Below, piece after piece: positions 34,171 to 47,540 of a stretch of 64,000 bases of DNA (positions are counted from its first letter, which is position 1; the number at the start of each line of letters is the position of its first letter). The notes beneath the pieces are model-generated. The model saw nothing but the letters and a program-made list of their open reading frames with translations. It did no database searches and had not been told where the DNA came from. Made by a program: the position numbers and the translations under genes. The DNA comes from Blepharisma stoltei ATCC 30299 (Eukaryota > Protista > Ciliophora): NCBI GenBank assembly GCA_965603825.1, contig CBFDEM010000045.1, positions 496,001-560,000 of the forward strand. Direction: 5' to 3'.

Positions 34171-36069
34171 ATGGACGTAACTAAGATTTCTGAGCGCCTC
34201 CGAACCATAGTCAACTACGTAGCTGGGCAAGATATTAAGCTCACTGTAGATCCAGGACTTGTAGGAGCTAATGCTAAATACCTTGGCAGAGTCAGTTCTC
34301 TTCTCCCTGAAAGTCCATTAGATCAAGCATTCGCAAACCAGTGGATTCACAGCATCTCAAGCACAACCCCATTTTTGTCGACCAAAGAAGGCATTGCAGC
34401 TTTTTCTGAAACATGCGAGAAACTCTTAGCAAAAACTAAATCTTATGCTGTAGGAACTTCCCTCACAATTGTTGATTTATTAGTCACTGCAATTGGCATT
34501 GAGGCAGATCTTTTCAAATATCCACCCACCCAGCAAAAGAAGCTAGCCAAATACTTAAACACTCTTAGAGCGGACAGTACCCTCAAACTCATTATTCCTG
34601 CAGCAGAAGCCCAAACAGGACAAGGAAGAAAGCAATTCATCATTCCAAATGGCACAGGAGGAAGAACTCGAGTGGACTACATTTTAAGCAACTCAGACCT
34701 GGTCGGACAAATTGTGACTGTAAAAGGTTGGGCTAGAACCGTCAGAATCCAAGGGAATGGCAGCTTTGCATTTGTCGAAGTCAATGATGGCTCAACTGTA
34801 AAAGGCATCCAAGTCATTGTCAACAATGCTTTTCCAGACTTCTCTAACCTCAAAGGTACAGGGATTTCAGTATCTTGCAAAGGACTTTTAGTCGAAAGCC
34901 CAGGTGGTGAGCAAAGTGTTGAAATGCAAGTTCAAGACCCATCTCAGCACGAGTTCAAAATCATTGGAGACTGTGACCAAACTGCTTTCCCAATCTCCAA
35001 GAAGAACCACACCCCAGAATTTTTACGTGAAAATGCTCACTTAAGAACTCGCACAAATTTAATTGGAGCCATTGCAAGAATAAGAAACGCCTTGGCTTTT
35101 GCAACTCACATGTTCTTTAACTCAAGAGGGTTCCTATATGTCCACACTCCACTTATAACAGCTTCTGACTGTGAAGGTGCTGGGGAACTTTTCCAAGTTT
35201 CGACAATTCTTAAGTCAAAAGTTGCAGATATCAAGCAAAAAGATGGAATGGTTGACTACTCACAAGACTTCTTTGGAAAGCCAGCATTTTTGACTTGCTC
35301 AGGACAGCTGAATGTTGAGGCCTATTGCTCCGCTTTATCCGATGTCTACACGTTTGGACCTACCTTCAGAGCAGAAAATTCGCACACCACAAGGCATTTA
35401 TCAGAGTTCTGGATGATCGAGCCTGAAATGGCATGGGCTCAGCTTGAAGACAACATGGAATGCGCCGAAAGCTACTTGAAGTTCTGTCTTCAATATGCAA
35501 TCGACAACTGCTATGCTGATCTCGAATTCTTCGACAAGTTCGTTGAAAAAGGCTTAATCGACAGACTCAGAAACGTCCTAGAAAAGCCATTTGCAAGAAT
35601 TTCCTACACTGAAGCCGTTGACATTATCCATAAATGTGGAAAGCAGTTCAAGATTATGCCACAATGGGGTGATGATTTGAACTCAGAGCACGAAAGATAT
35701 ATAGCTGAAGAAGTCATTAAAGGCCCTGTCATCGTGTTTAACTACCCTAAAGTACTCAAGGCATTTTACATGAAAGTCAATGATGATGATGCTACTGTGC
35801 AAGCAATGGATATTTTAGTACCAAAGATTGGAGAAGTCATTGGAGGTAGTGTGAGAGAAGATAGACTGGAAAGACTTGACCAAATGATTCAGTTCAAGAA
35901 CTTGGATAAAGAAAGCTACTGGTGGTATAGAGATTTCAGAAAGTATGGAAGTGTACCTCATGCTGGATTTGGCTTAGGGTTTGAAAGACTTGTCATGATG
36001 GTCACTGGAGTCGAAAACATCAGGGATGTCATCCCGTTCCCAAGATGGCCTGGACATGCTGAATTCTAA
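34171..36069 (+). CDS. asnS: Asparaginyl-tRNA synthetase with N-terminal GST-like domain
   Basis: VNDGS OB fold, LTCSGQL, FGPTFRAENSHTTRHLSEFWMIEPE, PHAGFGLGFER. Confidence 0.96.
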   Translation: MDVTKISERLRTIVNYVAGQDIKLTVDPGLVGANAKYLGRVSSLLPESPLDQAFANQWIHSISSTTPFLSTKEGIAAFSETCEKLLAKTKSYAVGTSLTIVDLLVTAIGIEADLFKYPPTQQKKLAKYLNTLRADSTLKLIIPAAEAQTGQGRKQFIIPNGTGGRTRVDYILSNSDLVGQIVTVKGWARTVRIQGNGSFAFVEVNDGSTVKGIQVIVNNAFPDFSNLKGTGISVSCKGLLVESPGGEQSVEMQVQDPSQHEFKIIGDCDQTAFPISKKNHTPEFLRENAHLRTRTNLIGAIARIRNALAFATHMFFNSRGFLYVHTPLITASDCEGAGELFQVSTILKSKVADIKQKDGMVDYSQDFFGKPAFLTCSGQLNVEAYCSALSDVYTFGPTFRAENSHTTRHLSEFWMIEPEMAWAQLEDNMECAESYLKFCLQYAIDNCYADLEFFDKFVEKGLIDRLRNVLEKPFARISYTEAVDIIHKCGKQFKIMPQWGDDLNSEHERYIAEEVIKGPVIVFNYPKVLKAFYMKVNDDDATVQAMDILVPKIGEVIGGSVREDRLERLDQMIQFKNLDKESYWWYRDFRKYGSVPHAGFGLGFERLVMMVTGVENIRDVIPFPRWPGHAEF

Positions 36070-36164
36070 GTAATATAGGCAATTCCTTTAATATATATAT
36101 AGCCAAATAGTCACGCTGGAAAATTTGTAGAAAATTAGCTTAGACATATTTTAAGTGATGCATC

Positions 36165-37415
36165 TTAATTTTCATAGGAACGATAAGTCTCAATCAAATC
36201 AATAACTTCATGTGAAGCTTGATTAAATTCTTCAATCTCCACTCCTTCACTTAGATATCAATGCAGAAAGGCATTTCTCCGCTTCATAAAATCGAAATCT
36301 TGGTGAATCCTATTTAAAATGTCCTTAAACCCTGTTGTATTTATCAATGAAGATGCTCCTCTCTTTAGCCCTCTTGGCTTAAACTCAGTCATTGAATATT
36401 TAATATTTTTTATCTCAATACCATTAACAAATGTCCCTTCTGAGCGAAAAAAATCTTCAATTTGTTGAGACTTCTCTTCAAAGCCTCTGAAGCAGCAAGC
36501 CATCGAAGTAATTCTATTGGTTTCTACGATTTCACACATAGCATTCTCTGACACAATGTCTCTGAAAAAATCCTGAATTTCTCCAGAATGTCTCATACAG
36601 TTACATCTGCAAGTAAACGGTGAAAATCCAGGCACAAGAAAATTCATTGTTTCAATAGGAGCAAGATTTTTCATCATCTTTTTCAAGTCTCCGTTTATCA
36701 TACCCGGAAATCTAAAGGTAGATGTGGCTCCCCCTAATACTTGAGCTGCTAAATGATTAATATCTCCATAGGTTGGGTTAGGAATTTTATACCTTTTAAG
36801 CAAAATTCTCATAAGTGACTCAATATCTATTGCGAAAATTAGATTGTCAGGCATATGAAGAAAAGGAAAAGAAAGCACTACATTATAAGGCTCAACAACA
36901 CAATCAGACACTTTTGGAGATGGAAAAACTGTCTGGAAGCAAAAGAGAATATCTGAGAACTCGTCTTTAAGAGTTTCAATAATTCTCGAAGTTAGCCCGC
37001 TTCCAGATCCACCGCCAAGACTGTGTGAGAACTCAAATGCCTGCAAGGAATCGCAGGCTTCTGCCTTAGCTCTTACAAGATCCCTTATATCATCATCTCC
37101 TTCTTTTCTGTAATATCCTTTTGCTCAATTTCATGAGTTCTCAATTTCTATAAAATCTCTTTCATCATAATGATTTTTAAAATAAAATCCAGGGTTTAAA
37201 ACCTCATTATACTTGCAGATCGATATATTCCGTGCTATATATTTTTGATCTTGTTTCTCCTCAAGATAAACCCCAATTTTTTCTTGGATATTTTCATTAT
37301 TTACTTCTAATTTCCCATTTATATCAATAGAATATTCATCAAAAATATTTTCCCAATTCAATTTCCCTAGCTGATTCCCACAATTTCCTACCTGAAGATG
37401 TAAAATTTCTCTCAT
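36165..37415 (-). CDS. Highly divergent beta-like tubulin
   Basis: MREILHLQVGNCGNQLG, N[W]AKGYY, HSLGGGSGSG, PSPKVSDCVVEPYN, FRFPGMINGDL, AFLH[W]Y; 3 TGA=Trp. Confidence 0.88.
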
Positions 37416-37429
37416 ATTAATTATTATAT

Positions 37430-39697
37430 TTATTTTTTCCTTCTTCGAACTAGCGCAGACTCCTTAGCTTTTTGAATTAATTCTTCAGCTCTTAAGCTAA
37501 CATATGACCTGTCAGAAGTAATTGAGCTTCTCCTTGATGTTTCCCTCGAAGACTGCTCTCCAAAAATTTGGATTTTTTCTTCCTCTTCTTCATCCTCTGG
37601 TATTGTTGTCACAAAACTCTGCTCAGTTGACCCTTTAGAGCTCGACTTCTTATAACCTTTTTTGCTTTTTGGTTTTCCCTTCTTATTGATATTAGTGATT
37701 TTATCTTCCACCATTTCAATTGAGCTCTCATTAAGATCCCCAGAAAACATCGGTATGGACTTATAAGGCAAAATGAAATCAGAAAAAATATTTGTGGAGA
37801 CTGCATCAGGCGGGACATCATTTCTGTCTAATTGATATATGTTGGGGTCAGGCCCTCCTCCGTATATGACGATATCATTTGTGACGAGCACTGCTGTGTA
37901 AAATCGTTTGGGTGGGATTGAACCTTCAACTTTGTATCTGCATCAATTCAAATTATTGTGCGTTAGATTCAAACTTCATAAGATGCCTGTGCTTGGGACT
38001 TTTATTGCGTTTCCTCTGCTATCAACTGAATTCCCAACGTATTCGAAAATTGAGTTCTCAATTAGCAGTGCGGTATGCCCGTATACAGATCCAGGGGATC
38101 TGCTAAACTGAGGCAGTCTTTGCCATTCCCAAGTCAATAAATTAAGACGCCACAAGTCATCTAGCACAATTTCTGAGTTAACACCTCCATGCATATATAG
38201 CCAGCACTCGTTGTAAAACTCATAGAGCATGCAGGCCATAGCTATTCTCCCAACAGGCATAGGGCCATCATTAGTAGAAGTAGCTATTTTGGTCCATTTT
38301 GCGTCATCAATGCTGAACGACCAAACTTCATTGGTATAGCCTTCGATCGAGATGAAGCCGCCGATTACGACCATTTCATGCGTTGTCGGATGGATAAAGG
38401 CATAATGGCCTGCCCGTGCAGGAATTCTCTTTTTGCTTTTAGGTATGCTTCAGGTCATCGAGTTTATGTTCAGGACATAAATTTCCCCTGAGCATTCTTG
38501 AAGATTTCCTCCTCCATAATAAATTACAATGTTCTTTTCCTTATCATAAGCACAAGAATGGTAAGAGAGGGCTGGAGACTCTCCTTGATAGTCAATTTTT
38601 TCCCAAGCTTTTTCTTTATATTTGAATAGATATAAATCATTATTTACAACCCCCCTAGAGTCTCCTCCATGAATGACGATACCCCCTAAAGCTTCAATGT
38701 AGCAAGCAGTGTGTCCAACTCTTTCTGAAGGACAATTTCCGACTACTTTCAAGCATATCCATCTAAGCCCAATATTTGGGTTAAATGCATAAATATCTCC
38801 ACTCAGAACAGACCCTGTTTTCCCACCAATGTATATAATTGAGTCTCCTAGGCTAACTGATGCGAAGGAGACCCTTATTCCTGGCTTATTTCCTGTGCAT
38901 TCCAGCTTGTGTCATATATATTGGTCATCAATTAGGTCTAATGAGTACGTAGAGTCGCTTTCTTCTGAGTAAGAGATTCCTCCATACACATAAAAGCTTC
39001 CAGAATCACAGCGGCTGAATCCATAGAGCTCGAGCTTATCAGGAATTGTCCCCAAAGTTGATATCACTTGCCATTCTCTTGTCTGAAGGCTTAATAAATA
39101 AAACTTTAACACTGAAGACCCTAAGCAGTAAATGACTTTATTATAGATAACACAGTTCCAGCCTGTTCCTTTTGGCCTATCTTCCCCTACAGTATTTATT
39201 TGGTTCCATTGCCTAGCTTTGACGTCAAACGACCATAAATCATCTAAATATCTGTCTTCCCCTGACTCCGGATTCGTTCCATAGCCAGCTATAATGTACA
39301 AATGTGATTCATTCATATCACCACACATCCCATATCTAGGTCATGGGACTTTGCGGGAATCTGAAACACATTCCCAATTATAAGTTCTAGTGTTAAATAC
39401 ATAAGTGTCATTATAAAAGTTGTTTGTATGAGCCCCTCCGAATATTACGATCAAATGCTTTTCAACATATTTGATTACATGGAGATGCCTGGCTGAAGGT
39501 CTACTGGATAGTGATAATTCAGAGAATTTTTCTCAGGCATTTGCTTTTAAATCGAAAATCAAAAAGGAGTCCAAGTAGTTTCTCCCATCATATCCTCCGA
39601 AAATAAACAGCTTATCTTCTCCATAAGCAACTCCTAAGTTCATAGCTTTGGGTACTTCATAAGTATCATCTGGAATTTCAATTTTATGATAAGCCAT
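37430..39697 (-). CDS. Kelch-repeat (double beta-propeller) protein with low-complexity tail
   Basis: All sub-ORFs share one frame from ATG 39697; many GG...W kelch units; TGA at conserved kelch Trp positions. Confidence 0.88.
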
Positions 39698-39745
39698 GTT
39701 GATTTTTACTTAAATTTTAATTAGTCGCAGCTGTGTATGATTATA

Positions 39746-40645
39746 CTAAAAAATATAATCTTTTCGAGAGCTATCAGAGTCAATCGAAAACGAGCCCACT
39801 AAAAAGGTTTTGTTCACATTGAATGACCCATATGAGAAATCATGATCAGCGGTTGCAATAAACGTGTAATTTTTCATATGTACACTGCCTCTTATCTGGG
39901 CTAATTTTTCAGGACTTGCTCTGCAGTGCGTTTTTAGTGAGCTTTCTTGGTCTTCATCTTTACCCAAGTCTTCTAATGGGATGACATGGTTTTTGCTTGG
40001 CTTTTTTCTCAGCTCTTGTATAAACTCATAGGTAGTTTTGCCTTTGAACCCCAAATAGATGTGGATACCAATCAGGTATCCAATAGCCAAAAATACAGAG
40101 CCATTAATTAAAATGTCGACAAATAAAACCGCAAAAATCAAGGATTCAGTTGATTTATCATCTAGCAGTCCATCTGAAAATCCTTGCCTTAGCACATAAA
40201 TTTCAAATGATAGCAATACGGAAGTCCCGGCTTCCAGAGTTCAAATTAGCGCAATAAATTTCCAATAATTGGATTTTCCCACACAATTGTTCAGTCATTT
40301 GCAGTGATGGTCAAATCTATCAACACATCGATTGCAATGACCACAGTGCTTTGCTGATTCTGTCACGTAAATTTTGCATATTGTGCAAAAAAAGTTGATA
40401 CTTGTATCCAAAGCTAAATCTTCAACGTTGATTGCTATTGTTGGATCTGAGCTAGTTGCTATATAGCCTTCAATTAGAACTGAAATATGAAAAGTATAAA
40501 ATAAAACCAAAAACAGGATAGCTAAGTCATTTGATAAGAAAAGTGAGACGCAGAGGATGCTGATCACTGTGTGAAGAATCATGAGGATTCATGAGGTAAT
40601 TTGAAATAGATGAAAAGGCCTTCGAAAACCATTTTTCTTTGTCAT
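39746..40645 (-). CDS. DHHC palmitoyltransferase
   Basis: KNGFRRPFH, KHCGHCNRCVDRFDHHCK[W]LNNCVG, TTYE. Confidence 0.93.
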
Positions 40646-40862
40646 TGAATATTGATTTTTTTAAAAATATATATCCTATTCTTAGCATGCAAAGAGTTTT
40701 ATATTAAATTAAACAAGACTGTATATTCTTACCTGCTGCCTTAATTTCCTATTCATTTTTAATATCTAGACATTTACATCAAATAAGTTAAAAATAATTT
40801 ATTATTATGGCTATAATAATTAATAATTTGTATCTCTTTGCCTATTTTAGTTATTGCGCATC

Positions 40863-41753
40863 TTATTTAGTAAATGGGTTTCCATCCATAAACCCATCTA
40901 CATCACTAATAGTAAATTCATTAAAAATTCCTTTAAAATTCGATTTCATTCACTCAGCTCTTCTTGATTTCTTGAAAAATCATTTATTATGCATAACCCT
41001 TTCCAATCTGAAAGAGTGAAACTCTAATTTTTCTGGGTTTTCATCTCCTTCCACAATATTCCCATCTTTGTCTACTACTAGCAGTTTAAAGGAACTAGTA
41101 AAGCCTACGTCCAAAACATACATATGAATTGATCGAAATTTCAAGGCCATCCTTAGATTTGCTAAATGTTCTTTAAATGGTGATATATCGTCTAGCTTAT
41201 TAAGGTTCTTCAAGTCAAGCGAGTACATTTTATCGTCATAGCCACGATCTTTATATCCTTGTAAATGTTTAGAGAAAAACCTAAAAGAATAATATTCACG
41301 ATTTTTACGAAAATCAGGCAAACTATTTTGGAGAATTTTATAGTTGGATTTTGGCAAATTCAAGTTTCGATAAGGAAGCAAATTACCTATATATTTGGTT
41401 CTACCTAAATATATTGTTTTGGACCTTTCTATATCTCCAATTGATTTAATTGCGTACCCTTGACCTTTAAAAGATATCATTGAATCCTTGATTTTTTTAT
41501 ACAAGTTTCATTCACATAGATCTTCTAGGTCTTGAATTCTATTATTTGCAAGTAAAGATAAGAATAATCCACAGCTACGACTTGCATCTTTGAGCATTTT
41601 GGCATGAAAATAGTTTAAAATTCTATCAATATTATTTAAATCAATGTCTTTTGAGTAGAATTGCAACGGGAAGTCAACTAAATCTTGGATGATTGCCTTA
41701 GGATGTATATGGTAAGGATATGGAGGTAAAATCTTTCTAGGCAATATTTTCAT
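40863..41753 (-). CDS. Uncharacterised protein
   Basis: Continuous frame through 3 TGA, ending DVDGFMDGNPFTK-TAA. Confidence 0.7.
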
Positions 41754-41765
41754 TTTTATTATAAT

Positions 41766-42446
41766 TTAATTAGATATTTTTTGTTGAATATAGACTGTTG
41801 CTTCGCCTCAGCTCATTTTCTTTGTTATTGTCTCATGCACAGTCCATTTTGATGACTCAAGTACTCAACTTGTGGTTAAGATCCAAGTTCCAATTTTTAC
41901 CGGAAAATCTGAAATCCTTCTCATCATGTCTGGGCTGTAGCATGTAGAATTGGCGAATATGAAATCTGCGTCAGCCCATCCTCTCTCAAACATATCGACA
42001 TTCTCGAAAATTACTTCAGCGTGGCATGCTTCTGATCTACCTATGATTTCATCATACTTTTCTTTCATATTTAAAGATATGTCATATAAGCTATGCAGTA
42101 ATTCCAGACCAACACATTTTTGAAAATTATGCAGCAAAGCAGCTGCTATCACACATTTTCCAGATCCGGATCCTAAATCATAAAATACTCCGCCACTTGG
42201 AATCCCTCCATATCGATTTTTTATAGTTTCGAAGACTTCACCTATAGAATAAAAATCGATTTCACCATATACAAAAGTTGAAGATTTTATACTGCAGCTA
42301 GTTCTTTCAGCTTTGCTTGCATTTTTAGCAATTTCATATGTCCAATCTCCAACTATTTGGTTAAATATTGCGCCTCTTCTATTTAGTTCCAGCTTTGACT
42401 CATCAGATAGTATATAAGGATTATCAGATTCATTGAGGAAATCCAT
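41766..42446 (-). CDS. Small DOT1-like SAM-dependent methyltransferase
   Basis: FVYGEI, FYDLGSGSGK, GLEL, FANSTC, MS[W]GEATVYI. Confidence 0.85.
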
Positions 42447-42503
42447 TTGCTTTTTCTAGAATTAATCAATTAATTATAATCATATTAAAATTTATCTCAA
42501 ATC

Positions 42504-45017
42504 TTAACCAATAAATCTTATTAGAAATAGCTGGATAGCATAAAAAATAACGCCTTGATAGGTATGCTCCCACTTTATCGGTGCCAAAAACACACGACTT
42601 GATATTTTTGCAATCAAGCAAAAGCCAAGGAAAAATACGCACTTTAAGAAAACAAACATGTGTATCATCGTCCAAGCTGTGTACATTTTCCCCCAATTAC
42701 TGACTTGGACCCAGAGATTATGAAGGCCAAAGCACAGGAAAATTGTAAAAAAATACCCAGTGTGAGGAGAGTATTCATAGCTGTGATCTGAAGCTGAAAT
42801 ATAAAAAAAGCTGTATAATGCAGCTAAAGTTATACAAATTCAGTTTCTTATAGGCCTAGCTCGTATAGTTGATGGGAATGATACATATAAAAATTGTGTG
42901 ACGACTGGAACTCCAAAATCAATGCATAGAATCCCAAAACTTGATGGCACTAGTCCACTATAAAGACTAAGCAAAATATGTGTAAAACATGGTATTAAAG
43001 ACCCCACAACCGCTTGAAAAATAAATAAAGTCACTTTTCTAGCATTTTTCAGTTCAATTACAGCATTGAGGAAATCATCAACCCCTTTATCAGACAGCAT
43101 AACTAAGTCTGAAATTGCTTTCACTTCTTTCGTATTAGTCTTGTGGGTCATTGATATTTGAGAAATTTTGAGTGCAAGCGAGTTTCTTCCAAAATATGCT
43201 GATTTTTTGTCTTTGTAGTTTTCTATTAAGTGGCAAGTGTCATAAGTTGATAATGAAGGGATCATGCTGAATCGATTGTTTTCAATTATTCTAGGATTCT
43301 TTTTAATTTGGTCTGGGAAGTAAATCATTGGGTCATTAGGAAGCTTGCCTAGATCATACACCTCTGGATCATGCTTGAGAAATCCTGAAGTAAGAGACAA
43401 GTTTACCAAATACTCTTTGGATTCTGGCCCAATCGCCACTATATTTATTCCTAAATCTGACGCAAGTTGAGCCCATTGTGATGCATTATTAGTGTGTTCT
43501 CTAATTCCCAGAATCCCAATAAGTGAGAAATTAAACATATCAGTCGTTATTCCAGACTCTTCAATTTTTTCAAGACTTTGAGGAAGCACATCTGAATATG
43601 CCAAGGCCAAGCATTTTATTCCATGATTTGCGAAGTCATCTATAATTGTAGCGAAATAACTTATATCAACAGGCATAAGTTTTCCATTCACATACATTTC
43701 TTTGGAGTTTTTCAAAACGTCCTTGGCATCGCCTAGTAAAATCCCACTAAAAGCAAGTTTGTCTTTATCATTAATGACTGCCAAGGTAAACTTGTTTTTC
43801 TCTGACATGTTTATCTTGTAAATTGTATCGTAATCTTTTTTACTTATTTCTAAGTCAGCTAAAAAGTTGATTAAAGCTTTTTCAAAAGGAGCTTTATATT
43901 GATCATCTTCTGAATCTTCTTCTGACTCATTAGGCATTTTTGACTTTAAAACAACATCTATTAGGTCAATTAGCAGTTTAAAGTCCTTGGGCTTGCTTTT
44001 CAAGGCTTCGGATGCAGTCATCAGCTTTCCTTCGATAAAGACCTGCTCGACTTCTTTTTGACTATTGAGCAGGGCATATCTAGTATCGATAAAAAGAGTT
44101 TTTATTTTTGTGAGTTCTTTATATGCGTCTGTATTTTTTGGATAAATATTGTTCTTTAGCAATACATGGCTGTGAGAAGAGGTATTAATTCCTTTCGAAA
44201 AATTTCAATAATGAGGCATTTTTATAAAAATCAAAAGTAAAGCAATTGCTGATACATACCAAGGTCTGGTACCAAATCCATATCTAAATAATACCAATCC
44301 TATTCATAAAATGCCCACGAAAGCTAGCCATTTAGAGTCGTTGTCATTTTCAAAATAGTCAATTTTGCTTAACTTTGCTAAAAATGTGTCTTTTCCAGTT
44401 TTCAATACAATTCCAAGCCCTTTTCCACTTTCAACTATTGATCCTTGGAAAGCCATATTTGGGCTTCTATAGTAATTGCCACTCCCATTTATTTCTCCTA
44501 TATGAACTCCTTCTTTCCCAAATAAGCTGCACCCATTAATGACAGGTTTAATACTCCCCACATTAACAAGCCTTATATCAGCCGGAATGGTCATTGGTTC
44601 TTGTATTTGGATCACATCTCCACGGACTAAGAATTTGCTTTCAACCATATTTGAGGTCCCATTCCTTATGGCTGGCACCATAGAGTCTATTGTTGGGAAT
44701 TCTGGATATTGCCGAGTAAATGCTTTTATTATGAATAGAGCCACTGTGAATAGAATAATAAATATATGAGAAAGTATATGTGATGGGCCTGTATTAGCAA
44801 TTTCTGCCATGAGGGTTGTAAAGAGAATGCAATAAAGAATGAAAATTCGATTTATGTATAGTTGGGTAAGGACTGTAGGCTTGTGAGTTGGCAATATGTT
44901 ATAGCCAGTTTCTACAAGACGGTCTGCGATTTGGACGTGGCTTAAGCCTTGAGTGGTTGATGTGAGACCAAGACTTTGCATCAGATCATCTAGTGGAATT
45001 AAATGCTCCTTTTCCAT
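42504..45017 (-). CDS. Degenerate P-type (Na/K- or Ca-ATPase-like) protein lacking catalytic motifs
   Basis: QGLS...GYNILP, LVRGDVI...IPADIRL, NMAFQGS...GKGLGIVLKTG, GIKCLALAY, AISDLVML; one frame, 837 aa. Confidence 0.82.
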
Positions 45018-45971
45018 ATTAAACAAATTTCTAAATTGATATCTACTTATAATGTGGCACAAAAAAGGGATTTTTTACTATTTATTTACATTTCATTTTT
45101 ATATCGTTTTCGACATTTTGCAAATTTTGGTTTTGTTGCTACTGTATGCTCATATATATGGCTAATTGACCTCTTAATTCCTGAGCCATGACTTATCGGG
45201 ACTCGAAACCTTGGGGAGAAAGCGAGGTGTTAATTTGCACCCGCCTAGGTTTTAAAGTTGCAGGTGGATAGGCGATGATGAGCTGACCTGCCTAAGTCAA
45301 ATTCTGGAGCAAATTTTCCGCATAAGAAATAGGACATGAAATTCGAAAAGATTCTTCTATCAGTGTTAGTGCCTACTGGGACACTTACCCTAAGCAATAC
45401 CAACAATTGCTCCTAAGCTTCAAGTTTTCATTTTAGTCAGCTAAATAGAAAGTTCGACCATTTGAATTTTATCCGACAAGGTGACACAAACTTTCAGACT
45501 TCAAGTAGCCCAGGTCCTCTCTGGAAGGAGCAGGACAGCTCAAGCCATGTCGAGGTTTGGCGAGCAAGTGGTGGAGCTTATGGAAGCGAATCGAGAGATT
45601 AACCCTGCAGAGGCTTCTCAATAATCTAAAATATCGATAACGCTACTGATGGTTCTATTTGTAAAAATTATAGAAAAGCTTGAAAAATCCATTTCTCTTA
45701 TGATCTAATGCATGAATCTGTTTCTATCTCCACAATTTTATCCTTCTTTATAACTTTCATAGCGAACAGCTCGACAAGTAATTCAATTAATTTTAAACTG
45801 AACAGCAGCTTAAAGCTATTTAACTAAAAATTATCAACAAAAGACATGCAATAAGCTCATGTAACACATCCTAGCCAAATAAACTTATTACGTCATACAA
45901 ATCTAACAACCATTCCAAAGATGATATCAGCCTATTTAGTAGTTAAAAATGTTTAGCATTACAATAGTTTA

Positions 45972-46193
45972 CTACTTGACCCCATGGAACATCTTATAAG
46001 TACAGCTAAGATATTCCCTTCTAATGTTTTTAACTAGATCCTCGTTACCATCCATCCTTGCTTCTTCGAATTTCAAAGTTTCTTTCTGACACAACGCTTG
46101 GGCTTGAGCTCCTTTGGTGATTAAAGCCTTTCCAGCAGCTAACATAGCTCCAGGAAATGCTAAAAATTTAAGCGCCAAAGAGTTGTTTGACAT
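45972..46193 (-). CDS. Small uncharacterised protein
   Basis: 73-aa ORF with coding-like composition and AT-rich flanks. Confidence 0.6.
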   Translation of the reverse strand: MSNNSLALKFLAFPGAMLAAGKALITKGAQAQALCQKETLKFEEARMDGNEDLVKNIRREYLSCTYKMFHGVK

Positions 46194-46450
46194 TTTGATA
46201 TATTTTATTATTATTCATGGAAGCTCCATTAATTAATTTTTCTTGACTATTTAACGATTTTTAAAGCATATTGCACAATGGAAAATTGTTACTATTTTTT
46301 TGGATGGTGGGTAGGCTATTTTCGATCCAATGATGAGTGCATATTATTAGATTCTTTCTTTAAGAGTTAGTTAATCAAATTTTGAGGAAATTGAAGAGAA
46401 GAATTGCTTTCTCTAGGAATGGAAATTCTTTATAATACAAAGTGCTGTAA

Positions 46451-47539
<1,089 letters not shown>

Positions 47540-47540
47540 G

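Noticed and set aside
45380-45610. Telomerase RNA or RNase MRP/P in the GC-rich island
   Set aside because: ACCCTAAG, GAAAGTTC and GGAGCTTA are only partial matches; no convincing template or P4 pairing
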